In this document: one piece after another, positions 52,333 to 64,000 of the stretch | Position numbering within the stretch: position 1 is the first letter of the stretch | Layout: each line of letters starts with the position of its first letter | Assembly (NCBI GenBank): GCA_003427395.1 | Contig: BFEA01000030.1 | Coordinates: forward strand, 3,647,688-3,711,687 | Origin: Chara braunii | Lineage: Eukaryota; Plantae; Charophyceae | Length of the DNA stretch: 64,000 bases | Reading direction: 5' to 3' | Notes under the pieces: generated by a model | The model's input: the letters and a program-made list of their open reading frames with translations, nothing else | Databases searched by the model: none | Told to the model about the DNA's origin: nothing | Program-made: the position numbers and the translations under genes

Positions 52333-52597
52333 CATTCTCGTTTATTAGAAAGAGTTGTTAAAATGCCAGACCAAGCTGGTGCAGGTAGTCTGACTGCTTT
52401 ACCTGTTATCGAAACACAAGCTGGAGATGTATCTGCTTATATTCCTACCAATGTAATCTCCATTACGGACGGACAAATCTTTTTGGAAACAGAACTGTTT
52501 TATCGTGGAATCCGACCTGCTATTAATGTAGGATTGTCTGTAAGTCGTGTAGGTTTTGCAGCTCAATTGAAAGCTATGAAACAAGTGTGCGGTAGTC
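52333..52597 (+). pseudogene. atp1: Mitochondrial ATP synthase alpha subunit fragment (NUMT)
   Basis: HSRLLER...[70 protein letters not shown]; ETELFYRG and KQVCGS are mitochondrial, not plastid. Confidence 0.95.
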
Positions 52598-53683
52598 AAT
52601 TAAGGATTCCATGGATTGTTTTATTTGAGAGCAGGAATGAAATTAAACAAGCATAGTAAATTTTCTCTGATTCAGTTGAAATCCTGAATTAAAAAGAAGG
52701 AAATATACAAGAAATCAAAACTCAGTCAAACTGAATGAAGGGTGATATAGATAGGGGTATACGAGATTCTAAAGGAGATGGTGCCGACCGGCCTCATAGT
52801 TCCCTGCCGCCAAGGTCCCGCGTGAACCCCGGTAGAGCTCGCGCAATCGGTGGGGCGAACCTCCCACAGAGGCTTTGACACAGATTACGGGTGTCAAATC
52901 CCGTCTGCCACCTTCCTCTCTAAACCAAAAGACTCTAGACTAAGAGTGAGAAAGACAAAAGAAGAGAAGTTAAGTCACTCAGATACAAGAGGGGTGCACT
53001 CAGACTCGCGTGAGAAGGCCTTGATTCCTTCGATGCGTCTGAGGGCCCCGCAATGGCAACCAAAACGCTATGATGGTGGCGAGATTGCAACCAAAACGCC
53101 AAGTGACTGCACACTGACGATCCCCCAAGTCACCTCAATAAACCCTTTACAAAGTCTCACTACCCCTCTAAGATTACAATGTTTCTTCTTAGATCAAACT
53201 CTTACTGTTTAGTCCAGAAAACGACATTAAAATAGAGCATATTCTCTTGTGTTATATCTGAAGTGTAAGAAAAACATAATAAAACTCAATGAATCATCGC
53301 ACACACACGAACCGTGCGCAGCAACAAGTGCAATAACTATGCATGGGGAGGAAGCATAGCAGAAGCAGTGTGGCACAACTCTGTGAACCCAACAATTTAG
53401 TGAATTTCGATGACTGTAGAGCCCAGCAACAACAATAGTTTCAAGTGTTGTGTCCCGACATAGCAGTTATGAAATGCCGCCGCAGTGGTAGCAGCAGTAA
53501 TATAGCGGTGTCCCCCTCTTAGGAACACTCAACAATGCTATGTAGCGACCACTGGAGCATACGCAGATATTGCCTCATGCAACTACCGCCAGACTCAGAT
53601 AAGTGTTGTTTCAATCTGTGCTCGCACTGAAATCCAAACCCCAAATAGGCTTGGCCTTGTTGCTCCACACAAAATAGTTGTTT

Positions 53684-53886
53684 GTCCGAGGCATTCGTGC
53701 AACGGACATACTTGTTCCAAGTAAAACTCCCTGCCTAGCAATACCTTTCGATCCTTGTGTCCAATCCTCACCAACGACTCATATGTCAGTCCTACTTGAG
53801 CTAGGCCCTTCAGTCCGAGGCATTCGTGCAACGGACATACTTGTTTCAAGTAAACCTCCCTGCCTAGCAATATCTTTCGATCCTTA
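53684..53886. repeat. Tandem duplication, period 129 bp
   Basis: GTCCGAGGCATTCGTGCAACGGACATACTTGTT at 53684 and 53813. Confidence 0.9.
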
Positions 53887-55306
53887 CTCTCGTATTCTAA
53901 TCGCTTTAAAACTCAAAGGAACCTGGCTCGAAACTATGGCCAAGTGACCCTAGTATGACAACCTGAGGGATACGGCATGGCCGACCGGACGTAGCACCCC
54001 GAGGTCGATAAGCGGGATGTCGGACAACAGTAGCAGTCCGACGAAGACTTGGATTGCACAGTTACGGTCTCCCTCCACTACTCACCACACACACACTATA
54101 AAAGTGAAAATTTCCCACTCATGCTTGGAAAAATATACGCCACTTGGACTGCCTGTTGCTACAACATTCAAACATGCAAAGTAGACAGGTAGAGCAAGAA
54201 TGAGTCTGCCGCTGGAAGGACAGGATAGAAAAAAAAACATATCAAGGCTCGTGCTATGTTAATGTTCAACCCGACACATAGTTTGACTTTCAATTCACTT
54301 CACATCGCCAACCTCCACGCGCCACCCGCAATTAAGAATTTCCTTTCCCCTTTCCTCTATCGTCTTCCTCCATATCTATGTACTCCGACTTCTCACCGTT
54401 GATTCTTCTTTCTCCCACTACTGTGCATGTGCGTCACCGCTCACACTTGCCCCTCCCCCACACCTGTAATCTGCCGTGTATCTGGTCGTAGGGAAAACAA
54501 GATACAAACGTGACTGAAGGGAGGGGCTCAATAGAACCACAACATTGAACTGAACGACGAGTCGAGGCGCCCCGCTACTAGAACGTGGTCGGGTGTCGGC
54601 GGAATTGCGACGGGCGCTGCTACGGCAACCGCGACAATGAGCTTCTCCAGGATCGTGTTGGCAGGTGGAGAGGAGGAGAGGATTCTTCCGCTGGAACATG
54701 AGCCAAATGCGCCCTGGCCAAGTAAGTATGCTCGTCCCAACTTGTTCCTGCCTCGCTACTCACCAGATATGCGAAAAGTGAATGAATCTCTCGCTAAAAC
54801 GTGGGGAGATACATCGTCCCCTCCCCCAGGTGCAGCTGAAAACCACTCCACTGCCAATACCACGCCCTTAATCTGAAATCCATTGATACCATCGTGCTCG
54901 CAGAGGTAAAAACCATTCGGTTAGCCTCCTCTCTCGCTCGATTTCATCAAGAATCGAGCGAGATTTATGTTTTCCCGCGTGACCATTTCACCATCTCGAC
55001 GCACCTTGTTTTCTCACTATCAACCGTTCTACTAATCCAGCACTGAAACTCACCCCACCAATGCATTCGCCCTATCACAAAACCCCAGTCTACCATCTTT
55101 CCCCGCTCGTTTTCACCAAGTAACGAGCGGGATATGCATTCTTCACCTTTACCATAGTTGCTCCTCCTCTATCATTGCGTTTTTCCCTGTCTTGAATGGA
55201 CCTGGCACATCGCACGTCTAAATTCATCCCTTTCCTTCACTGCCTTCGCGCCTTGCCCCTCGTCGATGCCACTATGCAGTAACCCAAGCACCACTCCTCC
55301 AACCGG

Positions 55307-55516
55307 TAAGGACAGCAAGACGACGGTCGTGGATGTTGAAATCCGCTAATGAGTGTGTATCAACTCACCTGCCGATTTGCTCAGCCCGAAAGACGGACGT
55401 CACTGCGATGCATTGCGTAGGAGGGCGTCGGCCCTGGTGCAGATTTTGGTGGTAGCAACAAGTATTTAAATGATAACTTTGAAGGCCGAGGTGGAGAGGA
55501 GCCCCATGTGACCAGC
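55307..55516 (+). pseudogene. Degraded nuclear LSU (25S/28S) rRNA fragment
   Basis: GAAATCCGCTAA.GAGTGTGTA.CAACTCACCTGCCGA and GGTGCAGAT.TTGGTGGTAG...AACTTTGAAGGCCGA are conserved LSU segments. Confidence 0.85.
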
Positions 55517-55611
55517 CGGTGCAAGCAATACTGTTGTGGGCCTCCCTACTGCGCCCTGGACCACCTTCAAAGGCTGACGTGGAGCCAATTTCATGGGAAC
55601 AACCACAGCAA

Positions 55612-55850
55612 CCAGTATCGCTGAAGGCCTCCCAACAGTGCCCTGGGCCACTTGTGCCCAGATGCAGTCCGTCTGTCGGGTCCCAACAGGCATGCTCACT
55701 CGCAAACCTCTCACGGTAGATGGTGGGGTCGGACTGTACACCCGCAACGACCCCCGCCACCCAAGTTTCTTTTCCGCCTCGTGGGCCAATTACCCACCGA
55801 CTCGCATACACGTTGAACTCCCCTGTTCGAGTTTGAAGACGGGCGGATAG
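55612..55850 (-). pseudogene. Degraded nuclear LSU rRNA fragment (D2-D3 area), opposite orientation
   Basis: CAGTATCGCTG..GGCCTCC, TCGGGTCCCAACAGGCATGCTC and GACTCGCA.ACA...AAGACGGG match LSU antisense. Confidence 0.8.
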
Positions 55851-56772
55851 AGGAAATTCTGCCAGCATCCAGAACACACCGGAACCCGAGCGGGCCCACC
55901 GAAAGAGTGTGCGCTAAAGGTCCTCGACTTCCGTGACGGCCACCCAGGTCTGGCGATATAGCACTTGAGCCAGGCCCGTCAGTCCTGACGTCGACCTCGA
56001 AACCAGTGTCGGAGCAGAAACCCTTACAGGGGTATCTGCTCATGTTTTTCAATGTCGGACGCTGTTTGACTTTTTCGTTGAATTGAGGGACTTGATGAGA
56101 CTGACGTTTGCCAGAGGTTTATTCGGACCAACCTATGACCAAGAGACTATAACTTTTTTGAACCTTAGTCCGGACGCTTATGACGGTCCGATAATAATAG
56201 CGGTAATCGGCAGTGTGACCAGTCGAATGCGGTTTCTAGCAGGGCCGTGGAGGCACACAGTCGTGGGAATGTTAAAACTAAATACCTATCCTACTTAAAA
56301 TAATGACGAGAGGCTGTACAACCGTGCGATTCAGGACCTAGGTACATTGAAAAGAGCAGCCGCATAAGATATAGGGTTGCGGCATAGAAGGAAGGGGATG
56401 TCTTTTGAAGGCTCATATTCAAGGTCATTGATTGTCGTGACGACCACTAGCTCCGATGTCGCCGACCGCAAAACCAAAGGGGATAAACCTGCTAGGCCCT
56501 CAAATCCTCGGTCCCCTTCGCACTACTCTGACATCCCCATGTCATCGCCGCTCGTTCTCGATCCCCGAATCTCTCCGATAAGGGCCCCTCACCGTAACCA
56601 ACAGGGATAGGCCCAAGGTTGGGTCTAACTTTGACGGATACCTAAATGAACTGATACTGTGCGACGAGCAGACCTACCGAAACGTTCTCAAAGTTACGTT
56701 GTTTGTCGATGTCATCCTTCGCACGTACGCACAAGTCACAAACAAGCGCACCAATCAAGAGACAAAAAAATT

Positions 56773-57042
56773 TTAATCCCTGCTAAAACAGAAGTAAAAT
56801 ATTTGGTCGGTGATCACGCTGGCCCTTCGATCACCAATTAAATAAAAGATCACGCGCGCCTCAAGTCTGCGTGTCCACACACTCTCTACACTAGTCAACC
56901 ATCCAGTCAACGTAAACCACAGATACAACCTCGCCTCACACAGATTACTTAACTTTAAACAAAAGTTATTTTCTATCGCCTGCAAAAACCAAGGCGGATA
57001 CCCTTGTAAGTATATTCGCACCGACATCGGGCCCTTCGACAC
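56773..57042 (-). pseudogene. Possible C-terminal stub of another PLE RT
   Basis: RIYLQGYPPWFLQAIENNF loosely resembles REQRIKGFPTGVFERVPKAF at the end of ORF2. Confidence 0.3.
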
Positions 57043-57057
57043 CCTGAGATACGTAGT

Positions 57058-58646
57058 TTGAGTGGGAAGGCGTGGAGTAAACTTAAAGCGGGTTGGTGGT
57101 ATGGTTTACAACTCAATGATTGTGTTTCCATCTGGGAGGGAGTTGAGAGTGGATCACTGCACGACGAGGAACCCACCGCGAACCTATTTATTTATTACCT
57201 CAACTCATTTGCATATTTTTCAGTCAAGTTTCGTTTGAATCCGGATCTCGGATTGGGTCGATTTGTGTATGATCTATGGGTATGAAAACCCGGAGTTGCG
57301 GACACAATACGACCACGTGGCTAGATGGTTGTACTTTAGGTTTATTATATACTACGGTACTTGCATAAGTCTGTTTGACTACATCGAGTTTTTCAAACGG
57401 ATTCATGCTAAGTGCTTTAAGATCGTTGATAGGCAAACCTTTGACGGAGTCACTTACTGGTTTGAGGTATGCAACTTGCGACGACTTTTCGGGGAGTGAA
57501 GCAGTTCGGTTTAGCAAAATTAGGGGTAGTTGTAAAGGGAAAATAAACTTAAGGTTAGAAATATATACAGGTTGAGACAGATTGAATATTTACTAATAGG
57601 TTGGTTGAATCTCTTCATATGTCGGGCATTAATGCGGTGGCGACATTTTTTCTATACGTGTGAGGAGTCGGAGTCGGGAGAGGAAGGGTAGGCATGGTGA
57701 GAACCCGATAGTTAATTTATGATTCGTCTATCGTTTTTCTCTCAAGGGATGAACTGCGGTTCTGGCAAAAGTGTTTGAAAAAACCATCGAGGATGTGTCT
57801 TTTCGCACTAACGTTAAAAGGCACATCATCTTTTACGGGTTTGCACCTTGGAGGAATGATGAAGTGTCTCACCTTTTGATTTTACATAGCGATGAGTGTT
57901 CTCCGAGTGCTGGAGAGACTCCGGAGGTGAGGTGGTTTTACCTCTTGATGCTTTTGCATTTCAACGAGCAACATGGTCCGTTCGCTTATATCCATCATTA
58001 TCGTTGAACTCTCGATAATATGTTTCGACGATTTAGGCGAGATGTTTTTTCTACCGAGAAATTCGAGAGCGAGGAGCGTCGAATTTATAAGTTGATCTGT
58101 GTACGGTGTGTTTTTTCTTGTGGAAAAATGGACGGTGGCCGGCGCAATCTTACCCTTCCAAAATATCTTCTTGTTCGTGATACCCTTGACGTCAGACTCG
58201 TAGAGGAAATGGAGCGACTTTTAACGGTTCGGGATAACACAACGACTCGATTTGTTGGTTTCATCGGTATGCTTCAGAACGGTCATTGTTTTTTTCCTGA
58301 CTCGCACTCGGACATTCGGGTCAATGTGGCTCGATCTCCGGAATAGTTTTATGGTTATACTTTGTATTTTCATCTCACAAGTAATTTCCAATGTCTCTCT
58401 CGAGTCATTCTGAATATCAAAATTACCTCGTCCGACGATCGTTTTGACGTCATTCGGATCCGGGACACCGTGACGCGACATTTGTTTGGAATGAGAAGGT
58501 CATTCCGAGTCATAGTGTCGCGGCTAGCCTCTTGGATGACCGCATTTTATGGTACTCGGACGGTTCGGGTCGTGAGAGACGCTCGTGTCGTGACTATGAT
58601 TTCCGACGATGACGAGTTCGCACGGCTTGACTCTTTGGAAGCTTAA
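57058..58646 (+). pseudogene. Interrupted long reading frame(s) of an unknown protein
   Basis: ORFs 57771, 58020 and 58362 share one frame separated by single stops; aromatic-rich composition; the antisense frame is also largely open. Confidence 0.4.
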
Positions 58647-58772
58647 GCCCGCGAGGGACGTCAATCGTATCATGGTTAGGCACGACCTCTGGAGATTTCA
58701 TTTAAATCACTAAGGGGTCGTAAGTCCCTTCATATAGCAGAGGGAACCATTATACATTAGCTTCAAGAGATC

Positions 58773-58805
<33 letters not shown>

Positions 58806-61800
58806 CACTTTGTGTAGTTTGGACCGCCGGATGGGTAGTATTCAAATTATCATTGTGATCTCACTATCTTGCTTCGGTATTGAGGGGTAATTACACATGC
58901 CAACATGAATGTTAACACACACGTTGGTCGGAGGAGGAATCAACCACAGACAAGAGAGAGAAATGTTTTCGGACATTGACGGACGGCAAGTCATGTAAAG
59001 TGGTAAGGGTTTTTCGCTCGCGTGATGAGCCGTTAGTTCTACCTTTCCAGGAGTTGCCCAAAGGCAATGCAATGAAATCGAGAGCAAAGAGAAAAAAATA
59101 AAGTATACCTTTGAGCTAATCATCGAGCATTGATGATTGGCCAACCTACATCATGCGGCAACATACTGAAGTTGAGCAAAGAGGTGCGTTTTAACTAATT
59201 TAGGATTTCTCTTGAACCGTCTGTAGTGCGGCTCAGGGATCGGACATATGAGTCTTATGTATATATTTCAATTAGTAACACTACAACAAACAATATGTTA
59301 CTAAGATTTGTCGAGGGTTCTACCCATATGTCAGACGGGAGTTAGCGTTCTTTTCATAGGGATTGCCCTTCTCACAGCGAAAGTTGCAACTCAAGACTTT
59401 CGGCCATATTATAGGCGAGAAGGATAACTTTACCATACGATCTCATTAAGTTAAACCAAGTCAGGGTCGGTTCGGTATTGCGTTGATGTTTTTCGTTATG
59501 TCAAAACCGGCTAATTGTGTTGGGTGTTTTATGAAATGTTTTTTTTTTTTTTAATGACAATGTATCTTTGCTAATGATTTGAAATATGAAGTGGTCGAAA
59601 AGGTCATTAGTTGGTATATGTATATTTTTCCAATTGGATTGTCTTTCCGCCATGTTTTTTTTTTTTTTTTTTTTTTGCTATGTGCAGAGGGACTGAGACT
59701 ACTTGTGGGTTTTNTGTTTGGATGTGACCATCCTAGTTGACCGACGTACGCTCCATGCTCGGGAGATCAACGCCCTAAGGAATGAGAGACGTTCGGGTTC
59801 AAATGATATTTTACCCATGCGTACTTATACTACAGCGAATGAGCAAACGCCATCGGTTGATTTACCTCTACAACTGCACGTAAAAGCTTTCACACGTGGG
59901 TCAGTAGCTCGGTAGGGATACACCCCTAAGGGTCGTGGCAACCCCTTAAGTTGTATCGCGAGGGAACCTGTCGTGTCGTAGTGAACCATGAGAAGTACAG
60001 TTGGCGCACCCGGGTAGAGGGGTGAGGTGACAACGAGACCACGTCCGTCTTAGCAGTTTGCAAAACTACTTACTCGTTGTCTACAAGTTGTCTCTGTTTG
60101 TTTTTTTTAACTTATGTGTGACGTGGTCAGGAGGGTCATTGCCTTTCGAGAGAAAAGGCGAGGGTCGATGCGCTCGACAGGGGGATTGCTTACTAATTGT
60201 CCCCAAGTTGTGTCTTGTTTGGTTTTCTTTTAACTCTTGCGTGACGTGGCACAGGGGGCCCTCGCCTTTTAGGAAAAAGGCAGGAACCGATGTGCATGAT
60301 AACGGGTTTGATTCGAGTGTTCACCACACATACCCCATCTTCGACTGATCTACCTCTGCGACCTCACGTAAAAACTCTCGTACGTGGGCCAGTAGCCCGG
60401 TAGGTATACGCCCAGCTAAGGGATGGTGACAACTCCCACATGTGAAGGTAAGTTATACCTCACGTGACTCTATCATGTCGTAGAGGTTTGCGAGAGGTAT
60501 GACCGGTGCACTCGGGCAGAGCGGTACTGCTCCTCCACTGCTTGGCATCTTGAACTGCCAAAATCCTATGTGACGCAACTGCGAGGGTTCCCGTGTGACA
60601 CCAATGTGCTCCGACAACACCACTAAAGGCTATTGCCACACCAGGGAGATATACTTGGTGTGAAAAAAACATTGAGTGAATATGTTGTCACCCTCTATAG
60701 TATAAGTATGTATAACATAATCTTATATTTTTGCTAAGACAAATTGCTAATCCCTATTTGGAAACAGGTAGGCAATTGAATCACCAATATCTCGGCCAAC
60801 TATTGATGTCGAGCCTAAAAATGTCTTATGCATACTTTTTTTGCGAACTTGAAAGCGATGGATACAAATACATGGGAGAAAAAAAACACTACCGGTACTA
60901 CCTTGTGTGAAATCCGTTTGTTGGACCCTTGCCTAACAAACGGAATACAAAGGAGGTCGTTGTTTCTACTCACGATAAGTTAAAAAAAAAAAAAAAAAAA
61001 AAAAACGTAAACTTTTACAGACAATCAACCGTTCCCTACCTCTCACAAGGAGTTATAAGTAAAAAAACAACCAAGATTTTTATTTTCAATGATAAAATAA
61101 AAATAAAAATAAATAGCAATACTCATACATTGTCACATAGGCAAAAATTGCGATTAGATGCATTTGGGGAATAACTACATAAGAATGCTTTAACAAAAAC
61201 GGAGTTGATAAATAATTTATTACTCCCAATCCAATTTTTCATTAAAAAACGAAAAAAATAAATTTCAGGGTTTTGCTCCATTTCTCACCATATGTACGAA
61301 AGATAAAAATTATGTCGGTGTATCTTTATGTGTTCAAAAAAAAAAAAATCATTCTCATTTTTCACAATTGATTAGCAATGGAGCGACGCTCTTAGTGAGT
61401 AAACGTCTCGTTCGACTACTTACAATATGCACAAACAATAAAAAATATGGTGGATTATATACGTACATTCTACCAGAATATTGAATCTCATTTTGCACAT
61501 TTCGTGAGTAATAAAATGAGACCTTAGATCTCGATAAATCTCAAGTACATTTGTTTTCCCTCCTTTCCTTAGTCCTTTCTTGTTTTCTTAAAATGCGGGT
61601 CTCTATGTGTAAAAAAAAGACGCACAGATCCAACTACAAAAAAAGAAAAACAAAAATGAACGACTGCCCGTTGAAAAACGCGTCTGCCTCATTTTTCTTC
61701 ATAACTACTATCTCAAAAAACAAAGCAGACACCTCTTTCAACGGGCATTAATTCTTGTCTATCTTTTACTTCAACCATATGTTGAAAAATCTTTTGTTTT

Positions 61801-62280
61801 TTTTCTTCGTTTATGGCAGTTCCCCCCCCCCCGCCCATCTGTACGTTCTACCTGTTGTTTTGTTAGTGCATGTGTTTCAACATTCGCGACCAAAAAGTTC
61901 ATCGCCTCATTTTGGGGGAGGGGGCACTAACTTCCTCCCCCATGGCTACCGGGCCTTCCTCGACCTTCAAAATTTGTTGCGGGGTACGCACCACGGCTTG
62001 AAAAAAAAACTGTTTGGCGGGGTGCTTAAGGTTTAATGTAATTATGCCCCTCCTTTATAAAAAATAGTATAGGTCTTCAAATTGGACGCACAACATTGTT
62101 GAAAGAAACTCGTTTCAATAGAGGCATGCATTAACACTTGGCAACAAGTGTGCAATCAGTAAAGTCGCGTCAATCTATATATGTTTGATTAATGCTCCTT
62201 GTTTTCAAATGGAGAGACTTCGAATGTGTTTCCAACAGATGAAGTTCCTCAATGATAGATTGTATTTGCTTTTCCGTACC

Positions 62281-63068
62281 TGCGGGCAGTTGAAGTCCCG
62301 CCGTGGTGACCAGATATAGTAGCCTTGGTGTGCTATGTGAACGGAGTGTGCGTGTGTTGCTGAGTCCGCAAGGACACTACAGCCTTGGGGGTGGGCTGGA
62401 TATCACTACAGGTATGGATCTAGTTTTTATGACACCTCCAAGGGTTGTAGTGGTTACGAGACTTCGTTCCTGTGGCAGAGGGTGCCGGTTCAAGACCTGA
62501 TGCCCGTAAAATCTCGTTGGAATCCAACAATGAAATGAGCCTGTGGAACGTGCGGGCAGTTGAAGTCCCGCCGTGGTGACCAGGTATAGTAGCCTTGGTG
62601 TGCTATGTGAACGGAGTGTGCGTGTGTTGCTGAGTCCGCAAGGATACTACAGCCCTGGGGGTGGGCTGGATATCACTACCGGTATGGATCCAATTTTTAT
62701 AACACCTCCAAGGGTTGTAGTGGTTACGAGACTTCGTTCCTGTGGCAGAGGGTGCCGGTTCAAGACATGATGCCCGTAAAATTCCGTTGGAATCCAACTG
62801 TGAAATGCGCCTGTGGAACCTGCGGGCAATTGAAGTCCCGCCGTGGTGACCAGGTATAGTAGCCTTGGTGTGCTATGTGAACGGAGTGTGCGTGTGTTGC
62901 TGAGTCCGCAAGAACACTACAGCCCTGGGGGTGGGCTGGATATAACTACCGGTATGGATCCAGTTTTTATAACACCTCCAAGGGTTGTAGTGGTTACGAC
63001 ACTTCGTTCTTGTGGTAGAGGGTGCCGGTTCAAGACCTGATGCCCGTAAAATCCCGTTGGAATCCAAT
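62281..63068. repeat. Tandem array, ~3 highly similar copies of a 270-bp non-coding unit
   Basis: TGCGGGCA.TTGAAGTCCCGCCGTGGTGACCAG at 62281, 62551 and 62821. Confidence 0.97.
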
Positions 63069-63855
63069 TGTTGCAAAACCTTAATTAAAGAGATTTTTTC
63101 AATGTGCGCATAATCATGGTTTATCAATTGACAATTATATTTATAAATAAATAAAAAATTAGGTAAAAAACAAAAAATTGTATCAACTTTATGAAAAGTT
63201 TTTTTTTTTTCCCTCTTACGCACCTATTTACATACACACACACTTGTGGATTGGAGCAGCTCCATAATCATGCTTCGTTGACACTTTGAAGCCCAATTTT
63301 TTAAACGATAACTTGTTTTATGTGCACATATAACCATTGTAACGATCGGGTATAAAAAAAATTGTATGTGTAGGGTAGTGTGTGCATTATTGTGTATGTA
63401 CGAATATTGTGTACGTACGAATGTATGCATTCGTATGTACGTTGTCGTGGTAGAAACCCTAAGAAGGGTATATGCCCAATATTTTTAAATGTTGGACGTT
63501 GTCCAACTTCCGTATTGTTATGAGTTCAATGACTTGATGAGGTTGGGGTGTATGCCAAAATTTTATTCAAACCAGACCTATAACAAAAAAACATAGAAAA
63601 AATTAATTAATTCCCAATTCGAGCAGTTGCTGGCATTCAAAAATAATGAGGTCTGGGAACACTGCCAACGCCGAAAATCCGGTAGGTGTTTTGTTCGGGA
63701 ATCTCCAAGTCAGACACGAATCTGACTCTCGGTTGTAATGTGGACAGTTGACGAGTTTACGCACCTATTTGGTTTAATCTCCTGCAGAAGTGTCTTTTTT
63801 TTTTTTTAATGTTTGCTGCCGCCATGAAAATACGAAAGTATTGACGCTTTTGGTT

Positions 63856-63945
63856 GGCAGAGAGAGAGAAGAGGACAACAAACGAGGGGCTGTGATATAT
63901 ATATATCACAGCCCCTCGTTTGTTGTCCTCTTCTCTCTCTCTGCC
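63856..63945. repeat. Perfect 90-bp palindrome
   Basis: 45-bp arms are exact reverse complements centred on (AT)n. Confidence 0.97.
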
Positions 63946-64000
63946 TACGGTTTACCGGGCAGTTCTATTTGTGATGATATATATATATATATATATATAT

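Noticed and set aside
52282-52656. Functional atp1/atpA gene
   Set aside because: Only ~88 internal codons, substitutions at conserved residues, repeat-derived start
62355-62520. Hammerhead or twister ribozyme in the 270-bp unit
   Set aside because: TTGCTGA-stem-ACTA and CTGATGC lack the CUGANGA/GAAA core in all copies; twister pseudoknots cannot be formed

Overview
Repeat-dominated eukaryotic nuclear DNA with assembly gaps and no intact host gene that I can recognise. The plant-type mitochondrial fragments and the element types suggest a green-lineage (streptophyte, Chara-like) genome; this is an inference. The centrepiece is a ~5.5 kb minus-strand Penelope-like retroelement (23984-29493). 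It has ~750-bp direct repeats that each carry a type I hammerhead ribozyme, a Gag-like ORF1 (CCHC knuckle, coiled coil, SAP-like end) and an ORF2 with GIY-YIG placed N-terminal to the RT (Chlamys-type order). It appears nested in a member of an abundant TTAA-flanked TIR family. The window also holds an older copy of this retroelement family, a very AT-rich decayed Ty3/Gypsy element (~39.2-49.5 kb), hAT-like MITEs, a tRNA-derived SINE head, two mitochondrial insertions (atp1, trnS-UGA), rearranged LSU rRNA fragments, several tandem arrays and palindromes. All alignments and folds were done by eye; most boundaries are approximate.
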